Origin: a virus
Lineage: Duplodnaviria > Caudoviricetes
Strand: one strand, 5' to 3'
Length of the DNA stretch: 57,252 nt
IMG/VR virus record: IMGVR_UViG_3300017987_000106
Span: 1 to 57,252 of that record
Position numbers and translations under genes: made by a program. Shown one piece after another: positions 10,959 through 18,398 of the stretch; position 1 is the stretch's first letter; every line of letters starts with the position of its first letter. The notes beneath the pieces were generated by a model. It searched no databases. It saw only the letters and a list, made by a program, of their open reading frames with translations, and was not told where the DNA came from.

Positions 10959-11503
10959 CCGGTTACCGCCTACCCACCTCTGTCGAGGGATACGTGCTGA
11001 AAACAGCCAGCAGCCGTCTGGAGAGTGGGGCTGACCTCCCCTCGAGTGCGTACACGTACGACACTGGTATGGAGAAAGAGGCGATTATGGGTTTGGTGCG
11101 CGGGGGGTTGCGTCTCGGGCGACGAGCTCTACGCGGTGCCAGGACTCGTGCTGGTGGGATGGCTAAAAAGTGGCGCGCTGGTCGACAGTCCAGGTTGAAC
11201 ACGCGGCTCAACAAACAGAAGAACTTTGGAGGTCCCCTTTCTGGGACGTCTAACGTGGCGAAGGTCAAATCCCCGAAGATGCCTACCGGCGGCAAGAACG
11301 TGAAAGTGATGGCGCAGCAGGGCCCGCAGATGTATCTTGATAAGGCGATGTCCCTCGGTCGCCGAGGTATGTCTTGGGCAAAGAAGAACCCGTTGAAGGC
11401 GACGGCTGCTGGCGTTGGAGTCGTTGGAGCTCCAATGCTGTTATCTGGCGGCGGCGGGCAAAGCTACCCATCTTCGGCAGCAGGTATGAACTACTCCATG
11501 TAG
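10955..11503 (+). CDS. Small K-x-A-motif protein with cationic amphipathic segment and Gly-zipper helix; putative virion internal protein
   Basis: VLKTAS and MEKEA motifs, then an Arg/Lys/Gly-rich region and KATAAGVGVVGAPMLL. ATGA coupling. Confidence 0.55.
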   Translation: MTGYRLPTSVEGYVLKTASSRLESGADLPSSAYTYDTGMEKEAIMGLVRGGLRLGRRALRGARTRAGGMAKKWRAGRQSRLNTRLNKQKNFGGPLSGTSNVAKVKSPKMPTGGKNVKVMAQQGPQMYLDKAMSLGRRGMSWAKKNPLKATAAGVGVVGAPMLLSGGGGQSYPSSAAGMNYSM

Positions 11504-11512
11504 GAGAGAAAA

Positions 11513-12016
11513 ATGTCTCAGGAGAAAATAGCGCTCTCTGGCCGCGCAAAGGCCCTTCTCGGGCTTGGTGGGGCAGCTGCACTCTTGGGGGCTGGCGGTG
11601 CCGGCTACGCAGCAGGAAAGCACAGACACGAGCCCGGGTCACCATTCGGTGTTCAGATCGGAGGACGGCAAGCGATGTTCTCTGGGCCGAGGCACGCACT
11701 CGGCGACCTGCGAGAAGGTCTCGAGGAATACCAACGTGGGGAGCTCGGCCCAGCGGAGATCCAGCAGATGGTTCAAGAAGCACAAGGAAGCGGAATCAAC
11801 TTGAAGATGGCGAGCGAGGTCGGAAAACGGCGTGCTCGTTCATTCGCCGACGAGATGTCGAAGATCGCGCAGACCTGCGCTCAGAGTCTGGTCGAAGCCG
11901 GTCTCCTCTCCAAGGAGGCTGCAGCTCCGTACCTGCAGGGGACTCGCGACCTGCAGAAGTGCGCGCAGATGTTCAAGACAGTAGGCGTGGCGGCATTCCT
12001 GGCGGACAACGCGTAG
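11513..12016 (+). CDS. Small K-x-A-motif protein with Gly-zipper helix; putative virion internal protein
   Basis: EKIA, LKMAS, FADEMSKIA, SKEAA and QKCA motifs; ALLGLGGAAALLGAGGAGYAAG; AGGAG SD. Confidence 0.6.
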   Translation: MSQEKIALSGRAKALLGLGGAAALLGAGGAGYAAGKHRHEPGSPFGVQIGGRQAMFSGPRHALGDLREGLEEYQRGELGPAEIQQMVQEAQGSGINLKMASEVGKRRARSFADEMSKIAQTCAQSLVEAGLLSKEAAAPYLQGTRDLQKCAQMFKTVGVAAFLADNA

Positions 12017-12745
12017 GTGGCCTTCTCTGAGAGAGCCCAGCAAGACATCCAGCTATGGAAGGAGTGGAAACAGCAGCCTGGGCCGCAGACCGTCGGGCCG
12101 CTCCTTACCAAACTCGAGCCCGTGATCAACAATGCGATCTCGGGATCTCTGCGTGGTGGTGTGGCCGGCGGGCAAGCTAGAGTCCCGAAGGTCGTCGTCA
12201 AGGGCATGGCGACGAACATGGCCCTTCACCACCTCTGGAACAACTACGACGGGCGCAGCTCTCAGATCAACACCTACCTCACGAACTACCTCCGCCTCAA
12301 GCTGGCCCCCGAGGTCAACAAGTACCAGAACATCGTCCGGATCCCTCATGGCAAGTCTGACCACATAGGCAAGATCAAGGAGGCTGACATCGAGCTCCAG
12401 GAGGAGCAAGGCCGCGACTACGTCAGCGACGCAGATATTGCCGATAGGGTTGGTCTTCCTGTGCACCACGTCGAGTCCATCCGCAAGCAGACAGCTCAGA
12501 AGGACTATCTGGCATCGAAGGCCGAGGCCGAAGCTGCGGTAGAGCAGACCCCGTTCCAGCGGGCAATGCGGCAGACCTACATCGAGCTCCCACAGCAGGA
12601 CAGGGCAGTTTTCGATCTGTGGCTGAAGCAGAGCAAGCCTGCGAAAGACATCTCCAACATGTTGAACATGAGCCGGCGGCAGCTGTTGGATTCTCAAAGA
12701 CGGATCGGCGAGAATCTCCGCGACAACCATGCGTACATGGGGTGA
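12017..12745 (+). CDS. RNA polymerase sigma factor, sigma70 family (group 3-like: regions 2, 3, 4)
   Basis: Region 2 (LLTKLEPVIN...NNYDGRSSQINTYLTNYLR), VRIP motif, region 3 (LQEEQGRDYVSDADIADRVGL), region 4 HTH (LPQQDRAVF...AKDISNMLNMSRRQL). Confidence 0.8.
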   Translation: MAFSERAQQDIQLWKEWKQQPGPQTVGPLLTKLEPVINNAISGSLRGGVAGGQARVPKVVVKGMATNMALHHLWNNYDGRSSQINTYLTNYLRLKLAPEVNKYQNIVRIPHGKSDHIGKIKEADIELQEEQGRDYVSDADIADRVGLPVHHVESIRKQTAQKDYLASKAEAEAAVEQTPFQRAMRQTYIELPQQDRAVFDLWLKQSKPAKDISNMLNMSRRQLLDSQRRIGENLRDNHAYMG

Positions 12746-12748
12746 TGT

Positions 12749-12952
12749 ATGGCACTTTCAGAACGGGCGCAGGAGCTGCTCCAAGAGCTCGAGCAGGCGA
12801 CTGACGCCTGGGCCGATAAGGAGATCGCCAGGTTGGACAGGAGGGCTAACCTTCTGCGCCGGCTGAACACGAGGATCGATGACTTCGTACGCCCGGTCGA
12901 GGTCTCTCAGATTCGTGCTACAATAACCGACATCGATAGCCTCTTGAGCTGA
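12749..12952 (+). CDS. Hypothetical helical protein (67 aa)
   Basis: GGGGTGA SD-like sequence; tight packing. Confidence 0.6.
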   Translation: MALSERAQELLQELEQATDAWADKEIARLDRRANLLRRLNTRIDDFVRPVEVSQIRATITDIDSLLS

Positions 12953-12954
12953 TT

Positions 12955-13569
12955 ATGGCCGTAGTCACTGTGCAAATAACGGTCGAGAGCGACGACGCGA
13001 CTCCCCTCCCATTGGAGGATGTCAGGTGGACCATCAAGGACCAGGCTGAGACCCAGGTTCTCGATTCTGGTCTGACGGACTCCCTTGGCGAGACGGGGGA
13101 CATCCTTCTTGAGGACGCTACCACCTACAAGCTCTTCTTGAAGAACCCCTACACGACCTTCGCATCGCCGTTCACGGTCGCAGTAGTAGCAATTACCGAC
13201 CCTCAGACGTTCACGTTCCAGGGGGACTATGCTCCTCAGCAAGGGCCTTCGGGAGAGGACCTCTGTACGATCTACGGGACGCTCTTCAACACGGACGGCA
13301 CCCCCTATGCCCTACAAGCCGTTCTTTTGGACAACGTCTATGGAGCGACTGACCTCGCCGGGCGCAGTGTACTGGGAGCCCGGTCTGAGAAGATCACCGA
13401 CGAAGAGGGAAGATTCCAGCTCGAGGCCTTTCGCGGATCGACGGTTCGTATTACCATCCAGGGGACGCGAAAGTCGTTCCGAGTCGTGATCCCAGACCAG
13501 GACGAAGTCGACATCCGAACGCTCGAGGCGTCGGCCGAGGACGAGATCCAAGACGTCGTGAGAGGTTGA
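12955..13569 (+). CDS. Putative structural protein with two transthyretin/prealbumin-like beta-sandwich domains
   Basis: TPLPLEDVR...GLTDSLGE and CTIYGTLFNTDGTP...ITDEEGRF patterns. Confidence 0.5.
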   Translation: MAVVTVQITVESDDATPLPLEDVRWTIKDQAETQVLDSGLTDSLGETGDILLEDATTYKLFLKNPYTTFASPFTVAVVAITDPQTFTFQGDYAPQQGPSGEDLCTIYGTLFNTDGTPYALQAVLLDNVYGATDLAGRSVLGARSEKITDEEGRFQLEAFRGSTVRITIQGTRKSFRVVIPDQDEVDIRTLEASAEDEIQDVVRG

Positions 13570-13570
13570 G

Positions 13571-15541
13571 ATGGCCCAGTCAGCAGATGGAATCAGATTT
13601 CGTCAGTTCTCTCCAGAGGAGGCGTCGTTCATTACCCCGGCGGCCGCGCAGCCGATTACCTTCGGTACGACGCAGTCCGACTCACCTATCCGACTCCAGA
13701 CGACTGGTGTTGCCGGTACTTGTCACATCGAGCTGGACACTTCCCAGGCCAATATCAGCGCTTGGGCGCACGGCGACGGTACTGGAGTTACGCTGAAGGC
13801 TTCCGGTCCCGCTGGGTTTGTGCAGCTCGAGTCTTCTGGAGCCGGCGGGTCGATTACCTCTTCTTCGACAGGGGCTACACAAATAAAGTCCGGTGTCAAC
13901 GCCGTCACGCCTGAGACTGGAGCCGACATCCAGCTTCTTGCTGCGGGAGAGGCGAACACTTCTGGGGCCCTTCTCATCGGCATCGATTCGATTCCATCAG
14001 TTGCAGATGGCGAGGTGGTCATCAAGTCTGGCGACGAGGGAGTCAGCGATGGGAACATCAGCATCTACTCGCCAGTTGGAGATGTCCTCGTCCGAGCAAG
14101 TTCCAGTTCTACCAACCTCGAGTCAGGCGTAGGGATCAGCACTTGGGACGCTGTTGCTCCGGCCGCCGGCGACATCCTCATCCATGCCGGTCAGGGTCCT
14201 GCTTCCGGAGGGGGTACCAAAGACGGGAACGTCCGTTTGGTCTCTACGGATGCAGACGTCATCACGACAGCTACGAACGGGCAGATCAACGATACGGCCT
14301 ATTCGTACAGCGGGACCATAGGAACCTCTTGGCTGCTCGGGGCCAATACCCTGATTACGCTGCAGGCCGGGTCGGACATCAATCTCAGTTCCACAGGCGG
14401 GCTCATCAAGATCGATAGTGCGACGAGCTATGTCGAGCTGGAGTCTGGCACGTTCGTCCTGCTGGACGCGGCCTCATACATCAATATCGACGCGGCCTCG
14501 TACATAGAACTCGATGCGACTACCCACATCGTCATGACGGCCGAGACGTACATCGAGATTGATACGGAGACTGGAGGCTACGTTCACATAGACTCTGGGC
14601 TCTACATCGAGGCGCTAGCCGACGGGTACGTCCACATCAAAGCAGGACCAGAACCGATTGACGAGCCACACTACGTCAAGCTGTCGGCTGACGGTCTCGA
14701 TGGAGTTGTCCCACCAGACAGAGAAATCCTCCTCCTGAACGACCGCTCTGGCGCTACCGGAGACGACGTAGCGATCCGTGCCCTCTCCGCGCACGATATC
14801 ATCCTGCAGGCAAAGACTCCGCATGCTGGATATCCGACGACTGATGGAGGTATCCTGCTGGACACGGAAGGGGCCGTTCTCTCGTCTGGGTATTTGGACT
14901 ACCTACCGGCAACTTTCGCCAGGAGGGTTGTTGCTTGTACCGTAGACGGGTTCGAGTCTCATGTCGGGCAGCATACGGTAGGCGCGGACTACCCGCAGAT
15001 CATTCAACTTGCACACTCCCCATCTAACTGCATCATCATGGACAGTACCGGCGTCACTATGGACCCGGGAGGCAATGATGACCACGTTAGATTCTCGTCT
15101 GTGGATGGGCAGGTTTGGTGGTGGTTGGACAGGATGCCATGGGACTACGAGCTCATCGGGGTAGCTGTGAAGGTGGACTTCACAACCAACGGTTACTTCA
15201 AAATGGAGTTGATGAAGAAGGACGTCAACCAAGACGCCCTCCTGAGCGTAGCGTACACTGCCTCAGTCCAAGAGCTGACCGGTAACGACAGGTGGCTTCG
15301 GGCTTACTACAACGGGGTCAGTGACGTCTGGGAGAACACCGGGTCTGCCACCAAGCCGACTTTTTCGACAGACAGTGATTGGCTACAAGATGCACAGCGG
15401 CTGTCCAGGTCTGCTACGAGTGGGCAGACCTTCTGCTACGAAGGGTCACATGTCATTTGTATGACGAAGCTCACCAACGCTAACGTGGCTACCATCGAGC
15501 AGATTGTCGCGTTCTACAAGGCCAAGGCGGCGTACCCGTAG
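13571..15541 (+). CDS. Putative spike/fibre protein with octapeptide beta-helix repeats (656 aa)
   Basis: About 8-residue periodic repeats (VLLDAASY INIDAASY IELDATTH IVMTAETY), typical of trimeric beta-helices. Confidence 0.55.
   Translation: MAQSADGIRFRQFSPEEASFITPAAAQPITFGTTQSDSPIRLQTTGVAGTCHIELDTSQANISAWAHGDGTGVTLKASGPAGFVQLESSGAGGSITSSSTGATQIKSGVNAVTPETGADIQLLAAGEANTSGALLIGIDSIPSVADGEVVIKSGDEGVSDGNISIYSPVGDVLVRASSSSTNLESGVGISTWDAVAPAAGDILIHAGQGPASGGGTKDGNVRLVSTDADVITTATNGQINDTAYSYSGTIGTSWLLGANTLITLQAGSDINLSSTGGLIKIDSATSYVELESGTFVLLDAASYINIDAASYIELDATTHIVMTAETYIEIDTETGGYVHIDSGLYIEALADGYVHIKAGPEPIDEPHYVKLSADGLDGVVPPDREILLLNDRSGATGDDVAIRALSAHDIILQAKTPHAGYPTTDGGILLDTEGAVLSSGYLDYLPATFARRVVACTVDGFESHVGQHTVGADYPQIIQLAHSPSNCIIMDSTGVTMDPGGNDDHVRFSSVDGQVWWWLDRMPWDYELIGVAVKVDFTTNGYFKMELMKKDVNQDALLSVAYTASVQELTGNDRWLRAYYNGVSDVWENTGSATKPTFSTDSDWLQDAQRLSRSATSGQTFCYEGSHVICMTKLTNANVATIEQIVAFYKAKAAYP
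14465..14520 (+). repeat. 24-bp-period tandem repeat encoding DAASY units
   Basis: gacgcggcctc at 14465 and 14489; degenerate third copy at 14513. Confidence 0.7.
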
Positions 15542-15550
15542 GAGACGAAG

Positions 15551-16078
15551 ATGCAGGAAGCAAGACTCGATACGGACAGCACACTCCTCGTCTTCTTGAC
15601 AGACTTGACCGGGGCTCCGAAGACCGGGGTAGTGAAGGCGGAGCTCGACCTCCACGCCTGCTACGTTGGAGGCGCCAGTGCGGGAATCTCCCAGGCGAAT
15701 ATCAATTGGACGGAGGTCGACTCGTCGGATCAGCCAGGCTGGTACTTCATGGAAGTCTTGGCCGTCGCATTCTCGGCTCTGGGGACGTTGGGGATGACTC
15801 TCAACCCGACGGGTGGGGCTGTCTTTACCCCATGGAACGAGTACGTGCAGGTCGTAACGCGCTACAAGGAGGATATCCTGAGGCGGGTTCTTGGCTTGAC
15901 GAAGCAGAACACGAAGCTGACAGTCACTGGCACAAATGCCTTGGGGTACATGACGTCAGGGACGCTGGAAATCTTCGACGACAACGGCATGGTCTCGAAG
16001 ATCACGGAGTACACGGTGACAGTCTCGTACGACTCGGTCAGCGGTGAGCTGCAAGAGCACAGGGTACTGGAGACGTAA
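15551..16078 (+). CDS. Putative virion structural protein (175 aa)
   Basis: AGGAG SD; beta-rich (WTEVDSSDQPGWY); within the tail module. Confidence 0.55.
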   Translation: MQEARLDTDSTLLVFLTDLTGAPKTGVVKAELDLHACYVGGASAGISQANINWTEVDSSDQPGWYFMEVLAVAFSALGTLGMTLNPTGGAVFTPWNEYVQVVTRYKEDILRRVLGLTKQNTKLTVTGTNALGYMTSGTLEIFDDNGMVSKITEYTVTVSYDSVSGELQEHRVLET

Positions 16079-16341
16079 TGGCCCTAGATCCCCCAGAGTT
16101 CGTCCGAATCGCGACCGACGGCCTTCATGGGAAAGTCCAGGGCTACCAGCTTGCCTCGGACGGGTACGTATTCGAGGGCGGGGCTGTCGTAACGCCTTCG
16201 GAGATCCCAACGACCAGTCGAGCTGAAGGGATCTTCTTCTCCAGCTCTGACCCAGAAGCGTTGTCTGAAAACTCGTTGGGGTTGTCCGTAGACGGGGCAG
16301 ACCAAGAGACCCTGGCGGGCAAGTTCATAGTGAGGAAGTAG
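16078..16341 (+). CDS. Hypothetical protein (87 aa)
   Basis: TAATG coupling. Confidence 0.55.
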   Translation: MALDPPEFVRIATDGLHGKVQGYQLASDGYVFEGGAVVTPSEIPTTSRAEGIFFSSSDPEALSENSLGLSVDGADQETLAGKFIVRK

Positions 16342-16342
16342 C

Positions 16343-17257
16343 ATGGCCTACGAGATCATCCAACCAGCGGCGCCCACGCGGCACAAGTTCATGTGGTACC
16401 TCCAGGACTTGCTTCGTAGCGCTTCCTTCTCCAATTGGACCTACGTCGACGGGGTCTTGAACACCTCGGTGGCCACCTCTGGTGATTGGGACGCAGTGGC
16501 GAATCCGGACACAGAGTTGGCTGATGGCGACTACGTCGTACTCCACCTCCCAAGCGTCCAGTCGACGATTCGCGGCGTAGTACAGATCATCTTCAGGGAT
16601 GACTCTGGAGTCGACGAGTACATCGAGATGCGCGCGCATCCGGCCGGGTGGGACGACGTGAGCCATGCTCCAAACGACCCCGCTCAGGAACTCGGAGATG
16701 ACACGTGCATCATCTGTGGTGTGGGCGGCGCTTCTGACGTCGAGGAGATGCGCGTTATCGCCAACGACAAGCGGGCGATCATCTGGGGCATGGGGTCTTC
16801 TCTGTCGCCGTATTACTTCGGCTACCTCGGGTTCATCCAGTCCCACTATGGAGACCTCGAGACCGGCGACGACCCGAACCCGCTGCTGGTGACTGGGGGG
16901 ACGACCTACCCGGGGCAGACTGGAGCTCCGATGTCCATGCTTCGGATCGACGGCATCCCGGACACGTTCCTCACCAACAAGCACCCAGCTGGCCTCTTGG
17001 CCACAGATGGGTCGGACATGCTTGAGGATTTCCAGTGGCAGCGCAGGGAGTCTCCTCCGGTACCGACTCGGACCTTGTTTCCGTGCATCATCGGGTGTAA
17101 GGTTGTGGGCAATACCGAGATCCGCGGCGAGCTCGAGGGGGTCTTTTTCTACGGGCCAGCCGGGACGATTGCTGAAGACACGCCTATCACCAGGACAGAC
17201 GGTCGCTACATCGTGATCGACGACCTGGTGACCGGCCCAGTTGCTCCGGTGATTTGA
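16343..17257 (+). CDS. Putative virion structural protein (304 aa)
   Basis: GAGG SD; beta-rich; C-terminal IRGELEGVF motif; tail module context. Confidence 0.55.
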   Translation: MAYEIIQPAAPTRHKFMWYLQDLLRSASFSNWTYVDGVLNTSVATSGDWDAVANPDTELADGDYVVLHLPSVQSTIRGVVQIIFRDDSGVDEYIEMRAHPAGWDDVSHAPNDPAQELGDDTCIICGVGGASDVEEMRVIANDKRAIIWGMGSSLSPYYFGYLGFIQSHYGDLETGDDPNPLLVTGGTTYPGQTGAPMSMLRIDGIPDTFLTNKHPAGLLATDGSDMLEDFQWQRRESPPVPTRTLFPCIIGCKVVGNTEIRGELEGVFFYGPAGTIAEDTPITRTDGRYIVIDDLVTGPVAPVI

Positions 17258-17871
17258 TGGCTCCTCCCCTTTGCACGATGAGCGCGGACTTCTTCCTGCC
17301 CGACGGGCGTCCGCTGTACCGCATGTCGTTGCAGATCCAGCTCACCTACGACTACGGCAAGTCGGTACACACTGATGGGGCCGTCGACGGCCAGGTCTTC
17401 TACTACACGGATGAAGACGGCCACGTTGACGTGCCATTCGTCCAGGGGTTGAGCTACGCAGTCCGACTCAGCGTTTGCCCGGATGTGCGTTATCACTTCA
17501 CAGCTCCTGAGACGGCTACGGCGGACCTCTTCGACTACCTGTTCCCGTACGTCCAAACGATCGAGATGTCGGCGGACTCCTACTCCCTTGGGGAGGGAGA
17601 GACGACAGGCTTGGCGGCGACTGGAACTTTCAGCGACGGTGTCGAGGCGGATGTAACCAGTGCAGTAACTTTCGAGACAGCCGACGAAGCTGTTGCCTCG
17701 GTTACGGGAAATACACTCACGGGGGTAGCAGCGGGGGCAACTACGGTCAACGTCGCAGATGTCAACGAAGAGTCTCTCCCAGCCCGGGAAGATACGTTTG
17801 AAGCGCCTTTCCTGACGCTTCCGTCGCCAACGTACTCGATCGGGTCAGCGAAGGACGTCGATGTTGTGTGA
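17257..17871 (+). CDS. Ig-like (Big_2-type) domain virion protein
   Basis: LGEGETTGLAATGTFSDGVEADVTSAVTFETADEAVASV...LTGVAAGATTV is a classic Big_2 pattern. TGATG coupling. Confidence 0.75.
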   Translation: MAPPLCTMSADFFLPDGRPLYRMSLQIQLTYDYGKSVHTDGAVDGQVFYYTDEDGHVDVPFVQGLSYAVRLSVCPDVRYHFTAPETATADLFDYLFPYVQTIEMSADSYSLGEGETTGLAATGTFSDGVEADVTSAVTFETADEAVASVTGNTLTGVAAGATTVNVADVNEESLPAREDTFEAPFLTLPSPTYSIGSAKDVDVV

Positions 17872-18398
17872 GCTCAGAAGTTGACGCGGTTGGCGATTTC
17901 ATCGGTGGAGCCCTAGCTAGTTACCTACGGGACTTGCGCCCGAACCTCCTCCCTTACGAAAGGCTGTACTCCAAAATGCTGGTTCAGGCGTTTGGGGATT
18001 GGTTTTCCCATCGATCCCAGCTGCTCAGGAACAACGGGGAGAGGGAAGAATCGAAAGCGGCGATTGCGGAAAACGCCTTCGCATGGATAATGTCTGATGT
18101 AGAGTGGATAGGGGTCAAGAAGGGCCGCCGTCAGGGAACCGTCTCGTTCGTGTTCGTTTGCATGGCCCTGGACCTGGATCCCGCAGCCATCAGGCGCGTC
18201 TTGCCTATCAAGTCGTTTGCCGAACTGGAGAGAGTGGGCCGTGTCTATCTCAGTAGCAGAAGTCGAGGCGGAGATCCGGAAGATCCTACAGGGGGGTATC
18301 CGAAGGGCTCTGAGGGTCGGGGGATTCCCAAACGTCGTGGAGGAGGTGAATTCGATATTCGAGCAGCTCTCTCTGACTCTGACGACCGAGCCCAGTAG
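17868..18398 (+). CDS. Small phage protein (AWIMSD...SFVFVCMALDLDPAAIRR)
   Basis: GTGA coupling; C-terminal ~50 codons overlap the next gene. Confidence 0.55.
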   Translation: MSSEVDAVGDFIGGALASYLRDLRPNLLPYERLYSKMLVQAFGDWFSHRSQLLRNNGEREESKAAIAENAFAWIMSDVEWIGVKKGRRQGTVSFVFVCMALDLDPAAIRRVLPIKSFAELERVGRVYLSSRSRGGDPEDPTGGYPKGSEGRGIPKRRGGGEFDIRAALSDSDDRAQ

